Shown here piece by piece: positions 25,062 to 38,200 of a stretch of DNA of 64,000 nucleotides; the first letter of the stretch is position 1, and the number at the start of each line of letters is the position of its first letter. Made by a program: the position numbers and the translations under genes. The stretch comes from Tricharina praecox (Eukaryota). A model generated the notes under the pieces. The model saw only the letters and a list, made by a program, of their open reading frames with translations. It was not told where the DNA came from and did not search any database. The stretch is taken from contig NW_026250427.1 in assembly GCF_024521635.1 (NCBI RefSeq), positions 434,001 through 498,000 of the forward strand. Reading direction: 5' to 3'.

Positions 25062-27038
25062 TCAACGCCACGGATTATCATCATGATCCGTCTGATAGTG
25101 CTGATTCGTCGTGGTGGACGACTTCCTCTTTGAGCTCCTGTCCTTCTCCCTCTCCTTCTCCGATCTCGACGACAATCCCGACCCGGTGCGCTCCAGATCT
25201 CTTCCGTAGCCACTACTCGCGCGCTGCAGCTGCTCTCTAGCATAGCTACTTTCCGAGCGGCCGTGTCGCGGCCGCTCGTCGGCGCCCTCGGAGCGCTCCT
25301 TCTTCTCCCACTTCTCGCGCTCCTTGCGCTCCTTGCGCTCCCGTCTCTCCTCGCTGGTCTCGTTTTCCTTGCGCTCCTTCTTCTCTTGTTTCTCCCGCTC
25401 CTTCCGCTCCCGCCTCTCCTCTTTGGTCTCCTTGTACTCTCGGCCCTCGACATCGGACCGGCCGGACATGCCCGAGTCCGTCCGTTCGGGAAAATACCTA
25501 CCCGAGTCTGCACGTATTAAATCGCCAGGCCGAGAGTTGGACCTCGACGACGACGATTTCCCGTCGGCGTGGCTCGACCGCCGCGAGGACTTCGACGATT
25601 TCGAGTACTCCTTATCGTGTTGGAACGTATTCGCCCTGGCAATCCCCGGCATAGGCTCTCTATCGTACTGGAACGTTTTCGCTCTGGCCACGCAAGGCAC
25701 GGGCGGCTCACTGTCATGCTGAAACGTCTTCGCGCGGGCCATTCCCAGCATGAGCGGCCTACTGCTTCGGCTGCTACGGCTTTCAGCGTGATGTGCATAC
25801 GAGCCGAAGTCCTCCTCGTCGTCGCTGGTTTCGAGGAACATGTCGTCCCTGACCCAGACACAAATGAGGCTGCGGGCGCGCTCTGCCAGCTCAAAGTACG
25901 CGGGGTTCGTCTTCGCCTCGAACATGGCGACGTGCGCGCCCACCTCGTCGTCGGCCTTGACGTTGACGCAGCGGAAGAACTTCTTGCGCAGCGGGGACTC
26001 GTCCGCAGGGAGCGAGCAGAACGTGCGCTCCTTGCCGTCGAACATCATCGACGTGCCCATGCGGTCGCCGCCCAGACTCGTGAACAGGTTTGCGAAGCCG
26101 ACGCCGTCCATCCCCGCCGCGCGATTGAGGCGCACGCGCAAGTCCTCCGCCTTCATCAGCGCGCCCACAAACTCCAGATGACTCGAGACCCAGCCGAAGC
26201 CGGCGGAGATATCGTCGCGCTTGATGTATGCGGCGGCGGCGCCGCCCGCCAGCGCCGCCGCCGCCCCCCCGTACGCCGCTACCTTCCCCCACTTCCCCCA
26301 CAGCGACTGCTGCGCGAGCTCGTTCTTCCGCCCCGCCTCCCGTTCCCGCTCCTCCTCCTCCCACGTCTTGACCATCGTCCCCTCCACCGCCGCCTGCGAC
26401 GCAAACAGTCCCGACGCGATCGACGACAGCGTGCCGTAGGCACCCGACGCCGTTTTCCACTTCTCCTCGGCAGAGTGCGCGAACACACTGGGCGCCAGCC
26501 CGAGGTAAGGCGTATCGAACGCGAGGATCCCGACGATGTGCGGGAACGGCAGGCGAGCGTCTCCGGCCACAAGGTCGTCGTCCATTATGCTCAGCAGCGC
26601 GTCGGCCGCCACGATCCCGCCCATCGAGTGCCCGACCAGGATGGTGTGCACGGAGGGGTCGATCGTGGGCGACGGCGTGTGCCGCGCCACTTCGAGATCG
26701 ATCACGACGTCTTGCAGCCATGACCGGAAGCGCGCTACGGCGTTGGGAAGCTCCCCCCGCGTCTCGTATTGTGGGTAGATCGCGGTCTCGATCGCGAGGT
26801 GGGGTCGCGCGTTCTGTAACAGCGCCCGGATGTGCTGAGGGATGTGTCAATTGCTGCGACGCCGGAGGAGACGCCAGGGAACTCATCTCACCTCAGGGAA
26901 GCCCCGGAAGGTGCCGTCGTCGCCCTACATCGTTGACAGCGCCTGTCAGCTGTCACGGCCCGACGTCCACCAGCTGGCTGGAGTTGTAGCTACCTTGAAC
27001 CCGTGGATGAAGCACAGCAACAGAGTCTGCTTTCCCAT
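25062..27038 (-). CDS. Alpha/beta hydrolase (DUF676/PGAP1-like) with a charged low-complexity C-terminal tail, ~616 aa
   Basis: Exons 27038-26994, 26924-26892, 26834-25062 (1851 nt). Motifs LLLCFIHGFKGDDGTF, YPQYETRG, VGHSMGG nucleophile elbow, AFDTPYLG, HLEFVGAL, RTFCSLP, DEVGAHVAMF. Confidence 0.85.
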
Positions 27039-27916
27039 AGCGGCGGTGATGGAAGTGGGTTCGTAAGGATGAATGGGTGAAGTAAAAGTGAGAGTGGAGG
27101 TGGAGGTGCGTGAGAAAGAGCGAGAGAGAAAGAGAGAGAGAGAGAGCTTGGTCTCCACGTCGATAGTTACTCTATTGCTGGCCGGCGTGGGGCTTGTCTG
27201 TTGGCTGGATCCGCGGGCCAATCACACGTGCATGGATAAGGCACTATCTATCGGTATCGGATAAACCATGACGGACCACGGTACCGTACCGATCAGGGTG
27301 ATCGACTCGAGACTCGGTTCCGAAATAGAGCCGTTTTCATTCACCCACTGAGTCTGGTTGTGATAGTTACTAGGCCCGTTATTAGTCTGAGCTTTTCTCT
27401 TGCAGCGCGGCGGACCGGCGGCCACAATGCGTTCCTGAAGCAATCTTCCTGGAGGGTAAGAAGCATGTAATATCAACCCAGTACACATCCTAGGGCAGCG
27501 GCCGTCTGAGGACGAACTCGAATTGAAGATAGGGTGGTGTGACGCTGGCGATTCATCTGGTCATTCAGTTTGCGATAGACCGGGCCGGCTCACAAATCGG
27601 AAGCCACAATGGCTAGTTACACCGGCGAATGCAAAGAGGCATACAGTAGAGGCATTCAATTCATCATCTTCGCAGTCCGACAAAACACCAACAGACCAAA
27701 AAATCGCAGCAATCGCTCGCAACAACAGACACCAAACAAGCCAAAATCCAAACAAGAACCCCCCTAGGTACCAAGAAATGAAGAAGAAGAAGAAGAAGAA
27801 GTAAAAGATAAAGAAAAGGCCCTCGTAACATCGTAAAATACTGCAGATATCCCGGCCGAGGAAACGGTATCATCACACCTACATGGAACCAGAACGGTCG
27901 ACTCTCCCTCCCACGT

Positions 27917-28853
27917 TCAGCACGCGCACCCGGACCGATCCTCGATGATGCCGGGGATGAATGGGTCGTCCAAGATATCCGTCATCTCGCTCTCCTGCTG
28001 TGCCAGGGCATTTCTCGCGATAGCTATCGGCGCGCGCGTATGCACATTAGCTCCCGTGCTCGCTCGCTCACCACCCCATTCACGGAATACCTTCGAAAGC
28101 CTGTTCGACGCCCTCGCCCTCCTTCGCAGAGCACTCAAAGTACGGCAGCTGGCCCTTCTGATGGCAGTAAGCGAGGGCGCGCTTGCGGGGGACCTGTCTC
28201 TTTCCCTCGCCGAGATCGATCTTGTTTGCGAGCATGACGAACGGGAAGCTCTCTGGGTCGCGGGGCGACGCCTGGATGAGGAATTCGTCGCGCCAGCTAT
28301 TGATGTGCTCGAACGAGGCGGCGGAGTTGACGTCGTAGACGAGGACGCAGCAGTCCGCGCCGCGGTAGAACGCTACCCCGAGCGATTGGAAGCGCTCCTG
28401 GCCCGCTGTATCCCAGATCTGAAGGATGAGCGGGGTTAGAAGATCGCTACTACTACTACTACGAGTCGCGCGTGCGCTGCCCGAGGAATGGGAACAGGAA
28501 CAGCAGGAGGAAGAGGAAAAGGGCGATACGGTCAGGGTGACGCTGCGGTCGTCGAGGATCACTTCTTTCGTCAGGAAGTCGGCGCCGATCGTCGCTTTGT
28601 ATGATGGCGAGAACTTCTTGTTGACCTGGATTGGGATCGTGAGTGGACGTGTACTTTTGAGCGAAGAGAGGGCTGGGCGGGAAATGTACGTATTGGTTCA
28701 TGAGCGAGGTCTTCCCGACGCCGCTGTCGCCGAGGATTATCACCTAGTTGCAATGGGCACCACCCTCCCGTCAGCGACGACTCCCGCCAGAACGAAGCTG
28801 GGGAGTGGAAAGTGAAGCATGCGCACTTTGAGGATCTTTCTTCGAGTTGCCAT
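27917..28853 (-). CDS. YPT7: Rab7/Ypt7-family small GTPase, ~203 aa
   Basis: Exons 28853-28827, 28743-28690, 28625-28530, 28418-28091, 28023-27917 (612 nt). Motifs [47 protein letters not shown] and C-terminal CAC prenylation motif. Ortholog versus paralog status is uncertain. Confidence 0.88.
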
Positions 28854-29833
28854 GGCTAGTAAATAACCCCACGGTGTGGGGATGTGCTGGAGTATGGGAA
28901 AGGGCACTTTCAGTGAGGAGGGGCGCCGAAGAGTAGAGTGCGGAGGTGGAGTGGACGACGACGACTGCCGTGTGCGATAGGTAGAGTTAGGTAGGTAGGC
29001 CGTGTGGTTAGCACGTAGGGTCCACTCTTCGCATAGCTCGGTGCGTTCCAACGGCTTTAGCGCTGGGGCCACCGATAAAGATCGACGACGTCAGCCAACC
29101 GATAACAAGGTGCATGTGCGAGCGCTGTTGAGCATCGGCGGAGGGGGGGTTCTGCAGGGAAGGCGTGGCGTATTGTGGAGTCACGAGAGCCACATCCGAC
29201 GATATCGCACCGCCATAACTGTACTCGACTGGCAGTCCCGGGGGAGATTCACGGGCAGAAAGACACGGGCCCTAAAAGCCAGTTATTCACGGCTTCCCAA
29301 TAACTCACGATAACCACGGCTTTTGTGGGGAATGAGAGCTCGTAAGGCTACGAACGGCCATGGATGAGGAGGTGTCGGAGGTGCCATAACCCCAGCTTCA
29401 CGAGACACAATCGACGCAACCCCCCGAGAGATAGTACCTTTAGTGGCACGGTTTCGACTTATACTCCTTGTTAAGACCATCAAAAGCCTCGACAGCCATC
29501 GTGAGCCAATATCGACGGCCTTCTAGCGAATGGGATCCCAGAACTGGACGATAGCTCGTCACGATACAGCATCGATCGAGACGAGAAGCAAAAAGCACAC
29601 AGAAGCACCGTATGAGAGCATTTTTTTTCCATCCAATCGATCTACATAGAGTACCCGTGCGCCTCCAGACGCCCCCGGCAATGGGACATAGTTACATACA
29701 CCCTAAAACCGAACAAGGCGAAACCCAACAAAAAAACCAGAGGAAGGTATTCCAGAAAGAAATCAAATAATATGAAATGAAGGAAGAAGATCGAATATCA
29801 ACACACGCCGCTCGCTCAAAGGGAAGCTTGAGC

Positions 29834-30781
29834 TCACGCACAACCCCTCCAGGCATCACGCAGCGAAATCGCGGCACCTACGCACCCGAATGCTCCGACC
29901 GCAGTATCATCGAGCAGGCCCTTCTCCAAGCTCCAGTGGATCTATCCTCCGTCAGCACAAACGACCGTCTCGAGGGTTAACCGGGCGAAACATACCGACA
30001 GCGGCGCGGTAGTCGCATTGCAAACCCACGCCTTATTCCAGTCGTCCCTGGCCGCGCGCTCCTCCTCTCCGGAGACCACCAGGCCCCTCAGGCCCCTCGC
30101 CTTCTCGTTACGAAGCCACCTCATTCTCTCGAGCTTCACAAAATCGAGTACGATATGCGCGGCCCAGCAGCGAGTACTCCACAACCACATGCGTCCCTCC
30201 GTACGTTTCGAGAACGCCAGGAGCGAGTGCATATTGAGATACGCCATATTCTCGAGGACCTGGTAGGCAGCGTTGACAGCGACCTGCGCGAGCACCAGCG
30301 AGCGCACCACCGCGTCCTTCGGTGGACTCCGCAGCGTCCCCGCGCCCCACTTGTAGATCCCCACCAACCCCCACAGGCGCATGAACATGCGCACGTCCGA
30401 GATCTTGGAGGCGAGCTTGCGCAGGCGGTTGGAGGCCGTGGCCAGCGTGGTAGACGCGGGCGTGAGCACGACTAGCGGGATGGGCGTAGCAAGCTTGACG
30501 GTCAGCAGCAGCGCGAGGCGCGACAGCTGCGGCGCGAGGAACGTCGACGAGTAGTAGATCAGGCTGAGGAGGCGGTCGGTGCCCGAGGGCGTGGAGAGAA
30601 GGCTATAGGACGGTCAGCAACGCGACGAACGGGGGGAGGCAGCCGGGGATTCAAGTGCGCACCGGCTGAGGTGATCGAGCTCGCCTTCGGCCTGGCGGAG
30701 GTGCTTTTTGACGACGTAGAGCAGCACAGAGGGGTCGGTCCCTCCGGCGTCGCCGGATGACTTGTCGACGGACCACGGCAT
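29834..30781 (-). CDS. PEX11-family peroxisomal membrane protein (Pex11C-like), ~277 aa
   Basis: Exons 30781-30663, 30602-29996, 29941-29834 (834 nt). Motifs LLSTPSGTDRLL, ISDVRMFMRLWGL, YQVLENMAYL, WLWSTRCWAAH, APLSIHWSLE. Confidence 0.8.
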
Positions 30782-32175
30782 AGTGTCGGAATGGAATGGC
30801 GGTAGGTATGCTGATTCTGGGCTGTCCACCTGCGATCGGAGAATGGCAGGTATGCTATACGGTACGGTAGATACTCGAGGATAGAGAGAGAGGGGGGGAA
30901 TGGTGTTCTCTTGTTCACACGCCCGGTGGACCACGTTTAGGCCGCCTCGTGGCTGGCTGGCACCTACGTACCCTGGGTACATATTACCGTATTCACGTCG
31001 TTCGGGCCATAGCCGTGTCTACATACAATTGCTATAATTTCCTAGGAACGTGATCGTCAAGCCTCGGCAAGTCGGGCGGTGGGTCGGTCAGCTTCACGCT
31101 AGGGATCGTATCAGACTCCCGAGTCCCGAACGGCCAATTGAGAGCGATTTTGGAGGGGGGCTCGCGCGCCTGCAGAGCTTTAACTACCGTACAGATACTT
31201 TCTTACATGCTAGGTATGCGCATATTCTATCCAACGCGCGACCCGCAACAAGAAACGTGCACTTTCAAATTTCAATGTCCCCATTCGCGTATGTATGCCG
31301 CCGAAAGTCGGACAGAGCTGCCGGCGAGAGGCAAGGAGCGACGACGCCGCGACGCCGCTCCACCAAGCTCGTATTTAAGCTGCAAACGTCACGGCCAAAA
31401 ATGCCGGTTGCTCCAGCAACGCTGCAATGCGCATATGCACTGTATGAATGTGCAATTCTTCAACAAGAATATCTATCACTCGTCCAACTTCACATGCGAG
31501 CCACGGATATAGAATTGAGAACTTGAGCCCCCTGCGAAATCCGTTCCCGGAGTTAATCCACACCCGTGGGATTTCAAGATGCGTAGAATCCGATGCCCCG
31601 AATGTCACGGAGCAGCGGGTCTTCAGACGAAAGGTGTCTCGAGTCTTGACTCACATCGAGCTCGGAGCGAGATCGTATCAATGCCGCTGCCAACGTGCTA
31701 CATACACATTGATATTGCTGTCAGCCGTGAGCGGTGGGACTGTAGTTATGAGTGCAAATCGCATCTCTCTCCGCTGACAACATCTGCCCTTGGTTTGCAT
31801 AACAACCCCACGAATCAACGATGCCCACGGCCGCAGCAACGACGAACCGAACTCACGCGCTTCCTCTCCTCCTACCTGCACTCAATGACGCCTATTTTGC
31901 GTCATATCGGCTTTATGGTCGAAGCCCCGCCTCCCGCGATGGGAGAGTGCACCTAGGTCCTAGCAAGACTTCACCTCCCCGTCCGTATCTGTGTAACGGC
32001 ATGATATCTCAACAAAACTGGTGGAGATTGTTTTGGCACACCATCCGCCAAAACAGAATCTTCAGAAATCTTCAGATGCAAGGGACTTCTCCACACCGCC
32101 GTCTGCCCAGTGCCGGTGTATGGTAAACTCCATGGAAATCTGAACACTGGGAATCTTGTTGAACGGTAGTTTGTT

Positions 32176-32257
32176 GAATGAGTACTTGCTTGGTGAATGA
32201 GTACTTGCTTGGTGAATGAGGACTTGCTTGGTGAATGAGGACTTGCTAGGTGAATGG
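32176..32257. repeat. 19-bp minisatellite GAATGAG(T/G)ACTTGCT(T/A)GGT, four copies
   Basis: Units start at 32176, 32195, 32214 and 32233; no spacers. Confidence 0.9.
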
Positions 32258-32598
32258 CAATGATAGAGGTACAGAAGCCTCAAAGCTGCCATTGAGCCTG
32301 GCAGGCATTTCCCACCATGAATGTGCTGCTTTAGGGGTATCATTTGCACGGCCTCTGCTACCTATTGAGCCTTTGAAGTCTACATCCTTTACCGCATCAT
32401 CGTACAAACCCCATGCTTCACCCACGATCACACCAACATTCTGAACAACTTACTACAAGACCAAGACCGAGATGAAGGAAAGATAGCCACCGTCTAGTAT
32501 TACAACCAATACATACACACAAGCCCGCGTAGATGTAAACAAAACCCATCCCACCCAAACTCCGCACTCACCAAACAGCACGCATATATTCACACATT

Positions 32599-34231
32599 CT
32601 ACACAGCCTGCACGCCCCACCCATCCCTCAGCACACCTTCAACCTCCTCCATCGCGAGTCCCCCCGTCTCCGGATAAATCCTATAGCACACGACCCAGCC
32701 AGCGGCACAGACTGCAGCGTACACCGCAAACGCGACACTGGCGCCGAGATGCTCGACGACGCCCAGGAACGTGGCGGCAACGACCAAATTCCACCCCCAG
32801 TTCGTAGCCGTCGCCGCGCCGGTCCCCACGCCGCGCACCGACATGGCAAAGAACTCGCTCTGGCACAGCCATGGCACCGCGCCCAGCCCCGTCGCGTAGA
32901 AGGCTACGAATGTGATGATCGCGGCGACGATCATTGCTGCGGGGAGGGTCGGGAGGCCGGAGGGTGGGGTGGGTAGGCCGGAGGTGGTTAGGTCTGGTAG
33001 TGCTAGGAAGCCGAGCGCGCAGAGGGATAGGCCCGCGGCCATGCCGGCGAGGGAGACGAGCAGCATGCGGCGCCGCCCCACGCGGTCGATCAGGTGGAAG
33101 GCGAAGGCGGTGCCCGCGGCGTTGGTGCCGGCGACGACCATGGCCACGGCGGTGGGGCTGCGGAAGCCGATGCCGGCGAAGATGGTGGCCGAGAAGTACA
33201 TCAGCGCGTTGAAGCCGCAGGCCTGCTGCAGGAACTGCAGGAAGCATGCGAGCGTCAGCGCCCGCCGGTTGCCCGGGACCCGGAAGAGCGATTTGAGCGT
33301 GCTCCTGAGCGGGGGCGCGGGGCCGGTGCGTACGCCCGCTTCGATCTCCGCTAGCAAAGAGGTGATCGCCGGTGTGCCGTAGACTTTGGCGAGGGTTTCG
33401 GCCGCCGCCTTCCGCCGGCCGCACTGTAGCTGCCATCGCGGCGTCTCTGGCATTAATAGCATCAGCGCTGCCTGCACGACGGCGGGGACCGCGCCTAGAC
33501 CCAGGATCCAGCGCCATCGCTCGCCCAGGAGCAGGCCGACCGCGTACGCTCCTAGCTGCCCGCACGTGATGCAGAGAACACTGATGACCACCAGCCGTCC
33601 CCGGTGACTTGCCGGCGCTAGCTCGGAGATGTAGAGCGGTACCACAAGACTCCCGACACCCACACCCACGCCCACCACCACCCGGCCCGCCACCATCGAC
33701 CACACGCCCATCGCGCCCGCTTGCCACAGCGCGCCGACAATGAACAGGAGATCTGCGATCCAGATAACCGCGCGCCGGCCCCAGCGATCTGCACACACGC
33801 CGGCGACCAGGCCCCCTGCGAGCGCACCGAACGAAGTCGCCGACGTGATCATCGATTTATCCCAGGTGGTGACCGGATGTTCCGGCGTCGACAGCGTAGG
33901 CGCGAGGTATAGCAGTGCCGACGAGATGGATGCCGTGTCGTCTTTTGCGCAGCGCAACGTTCTCCTCCCGCGTTAACCAAAGCTCGCATATGTACACAGT
34001 TACCCCGGCGGGCCAAACCAGATCGGAGAGGAGTCATCGGGTAGGTAGCGTACAGCCAAAGAGGAGTCCACTTATTCCTGCGCTGAGCGTGAGCGCCCAT
34101 AGCCAGTATCCTTTCGTTTCGGGTTCGGGCGAGGGGTGTGCTGGAGAGCTCGGCGAGGATGGTGGCAGGAGAGGAGCCCGGTCTTCACTGCCACCCACGC
34201 CGCCGCCGCCGCCACTGTCGAGTACTGCCAT
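32599..34231 (-). CDS. Sugar-porter MFS, myo-inositol transporter (ITR)-like, ~506 aa
   Basis: Intron 33942-34053 joins GISGLLFG-YDTASIS. Motifs ADRWGRR, YISELAP, PETPRW, LQFLQQACGFNALMYFSATIF, IDRVGRR, YPET. Confidence 0.9.
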
Positions 34232-35230
34232 CTCGTATGGTTGAGAGGAAGGAATGGTGTTCTTCTGCACGGTGGAGAGTTTGCGAGGCCACGATGGTGG
34301 TCGTTGGTGCGCTTTGAGTCGTCGTGCGTAGCAAGGAGGTTGAAGTTAGAGTCCACGTGCGCGCGTCAGTACTGGTCCTTACATAGCTACCATGGTTTAG
34401 TTAGCTCCAGGCCCCAGGTCAGCTCCAGGCTTCGCATTGAAGAATAGTCATGTGTTGTTTCGATTCCCCAGCTCCGTCCGGCCGACCGCACGTAGTCCAC
34501 ATCCCCTCCACGTATCCCGGAACAAGTACGCGTGTCATCGCTTTCCCGGGCCCGACAACTGCCTGCGAGCGACGTCCCGCCGACTGGGCGCCAGGCACTT
34601 CCGATAAGGCTACATGCTAAGAATGCGAGGCTGAAAATAGTCGCTCCGTACATACGCACTCTGCACAGCTTTCTTTTTCTTGGCCTGGTACGAGTTGATC
34701 TCACTCCACTCCGCCGTAAATGCGCATGTGCCGGCAGCGCCAGGGTACTCGCCATAGTCTGAATTTCACGCAAAGTGTCCTTTCCGCGCTTCAGCTCGCC
34801 GCCATCTCATGCCATTGGCCGGTGCGACATCTCGCAACGACAGAGCAGGAATCGCAGTCAGCCTGCGCAATTGAATCTCTTTTGTTCCTCTCCCTCTTTT
34901 TTCTCTTCTCTTCCCTTTCTCTTCTCACTCCACTTATTTGCTTCTCTTCGCGAGTCTCTCTTTTGTAACCAAACCCCGTCTCTGCAATCGGGCTACCGTG
35001 AGGGCGCCCCTCCCCCCCACAAGATTAGATTCCCGCCAGCAGCAGCATAGCGAAGCACCAGCTCAAGGTTACTTCTCTTGACCCCTGACCGCCACGAACG
35101 ACGAACCTTCCATACCATACCCCCCGTTCCCAGATCCCACAGCAACATACCCATCTCCTACATACACATACACATACACATACACATACACCGCAACCGA
35201 AAAACCACAATCGCTCCCTGCTGAGCAGCC

Positions 35231-38200
35231 ATGGCTCAGAAAGACAAACTCGGCGGCGGCGTCGTCGTCGCAGACGCTGAGCCCTCGTCGCGATCACGAA
35301 AACGCAGCAAGAGCAGATCGCCGACGCGGGCGAGCAATCAGGACACCTCTCCACCACCACCGCCACCCTACCAAGAGAAACCCGAGTCGTCGCGAAACGA
35401 TGTCGACCCGGGAGTCAAGGACAATGACATCTTCCTGTTGCCGTCGTCAGACTATTCCTTAATGATCCTGTTGACTTGTATCGCCGTCGCCGTGCGGTTG
35501 TTCCGGATCTACCAGCCGTCGAGTGTGGTGTTCGATGAAGTCCAGTAAGCCTCCAGAACTCAATGCAGGGAGAGAGAGAGGGTGGGAGAGAGAGAGAACG
35601 TGTCACTGATGGGCCCATGCGTGCGTGTCATAGCTTTGGCGGATTCGCGATGAAGTATATCAAGGGACGGTTCTTCATGGACGTCCACCCACCGTTGGCG
35701 AAGCTCATGATTACCCTCGCCGGTTGGTTGGCCGGCTTTGACGGAAACTTCGATTTCAAGGAGATTGGAAAGGACTACCTGGAGCCCGGCGTTCCATATG
35801 TGGCTATGCGCATGCTTCCGGCAGTTTGCGGTATCTTGGTTGTTCCTACGATTTTCTTGACCTTGAAGGCAGCGGGTTGTGCCACGGCTTCGGCGACTCT
35901 GGCGGCTGGATTGATCATCTTCGGTAAGTTCTCAAACCCCCGACAATTCGGATGATTGCCGGCGTGGGAATCGATTGGACTGACTGACTGACTCGGTTCT
36001 ATTCTAGACAACGCATTGGCCACCCAGTCTCGGCTTATCCTCCTTGACGCCCCACTCGTTATCTTTACGGCTCTGACCGGACTCGCGTGGACCTGTTTCC
36101 TCAACGTCCACGAGCAAGGCCACACCCAGGCGTTCTCGCTCAACTGGTGGTTCTGGCTCGTGTGCACCGGACTCGGATTGGGTGCTACTGCCAGCGTCAA
36201 ATGGGTCGGCCTGTTCACCATTGCGTGGGTTGGAAGCTTGACGATTCTGCAACTGTGGTCTCTGCTCGGCGACACCAAAAATGTCTCGGCCAGCTCCTGG
36301 ATGAAGCACTTCTTCTCGCGCGCCATGTGCCTGATCGGTATCCCGGTCACCTTCTACATGGCTATGTTCGCGATCCACTTCACTTGTCTCCGCAACCCCG
36401 GTGAGGGTGACGGATTCATGTCCTCTGAGTTCCAGTCCACGCTCAACTCAAAGGGAATGAAGGATGTCGCCGCCGATGTCGCCTACGGCTCCAAGATCTC
36501 CATGAGGCACTACAACACTCAGGGTGGTTACCTCCACTCTCACGCGAGCATGTACCCCGGCGGATCCAAGCAGCAGCAAATCACCCTCTACCCCCACAAG
36601 GATGAGAACAACGTTTGGTTCCTCGAGAATACCACTTACCCTGAGGGAGGAGTCGGCGTCACCGGTTTCGACGAGATGGATCCCATCTGGGTCAAGGACG
36701 GTGCCATCATCCAGTTGTACCACGTCAACACCGACCGAAGACTTCACTCTCACGATGTCCGCCCTCCGGTCACCGAAGCTGAGTGGCAGAACGAGGTATC
36801 CGCATACGGCTACAAGGGATTCAAGGGCGACGTCAACGACTACTTCCGTGTTGAGATCGTTAAGCATCTCTCGGACGGCGCAGTTGCCAAGGAGCGCCTG
36901 AGGACCATCCAGACTAAGTTCAAGCTTGTCCACACTCAGACCGGATGCGTGCTCTTCTCCCACAAGGTGAAGTTGCCGACGTGGGGTTTCGAGCAGCAGG
37001 AGGTCACTTGCGCCAAGGGTGCCACGCTGCCCAACAGCATCTGGTACATCGAGTCCAACGAGCACCCCAAACTCGGCGCAGACGCAGAGCGCGTTAACTA
37101 CCGCAAGCCTGGTTTCCTCGGAAAGTTCTGGGAGCTTCAGAAGGTGATGTGGAAGACCAACGCCGGCCTCGTCGAATCGCACGCCTGGGACTCGCGCCCC
37201 GACTCGTGGCCCATCCTTCGTCGCGGTATCAACTTCTGGGGTAAGAACAACCGCCAGGTCTACCTCATCGGCAACCCTCTCATCTGGTGGTCTTCGACCG
37301 TCGCAATCTGCATGTACGCCTTGTTCAAGGGTCTTGCCGTCCTCCGTTGGCAGAGGGGTTACCGCGACTACGCCGTCACCAACTTCCGTCGTTTCGACTA
37401 CGAGGTCGGTGTGGCTGTCCTTGCGTGGGCTTTCCACTACTTCCCCTTCTTCCTGATGCAGCGCCAGCTGTTCCTTCACCACTACCTTCCTGCGCTCTAC
37501 TTCGCCGTTGTCGCCTTGTGCCAGACATTTGACTTTGTCGCTTTCCGCATCAAGGCCATCGGTCTCAAGAAGCTGCCCGTCGTCGGCTGGTCCATCGCTG
37601 TCGTCTTCCTCGCCCTCAGTGCCGTCGTCTACGGTCTGTACAGCCCGCTCGTCTATGGCAACCCCTGGACCAAGAGCGACTGCCGCCGCGTGAAGCTCTT
37701 CAACACCTGGGACTGGGACTGCAATACCTTCCTTGACAACTACTCTGACTACAACAACATCGTCTCGAAGAAAACCGCCGCCGCTACCGTCCCCACCACT
37801 GCCGCCGCCGCCCCTGTCGCCGAAGTCCCCGCCGCCCCCGCCAAGCAGGAGCAGCAGCAGCAGCAACCCATCATCCAGAAGGACAATGTCGCCGCCGCAC
37901 CTCCCGTCGTCCCGGCGGCAGAGCAGCAGCCCGAACCCGTCAAGTCCGAAGAGCCCATCGACTCTATGATCACTGGGCAGCCCGCGCCGCCAGGAGAGAT
38001 CGTTGACACAGATGAGCACGTCGAGTACCGCGACCAGGACGGCAACCTCCTCGACCTCGACCAGGTCAAGGCCCTCGAGGGTCAGGTCGAGTTCGAGACG
38101 AAGTACGAGACTCGCTACAGGATGATCGATGAGGATGGAAATTACATTCCCGTCAACCCTGATGACGTCGCGCCTGAGCAGGGTGAGGAATCACCTAAGC

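Noticed and set aside
25569..26723. 384-aa plus-strand ORF (and the 331-aa alternate-frame ORF 25891-26886)
   Set aside because: Overlap the hydrolase CDS; Arg/Ala-rich shadow ORFs.
31050..31960. Cys/His-containing short ORFs as a zinc-finger or transposase relic
   Set aside because: No consistent motif spacing or splice structure.
32176..32257. CRISPR-like array
   Set aside because: Head-to-tail repeats without spacers, no cas genes, eukaryotic context.
36448..38019. 523-aa antisense ORF
   Set aside because: Shadow of GC3-biased PMT1 codons; no motifs.
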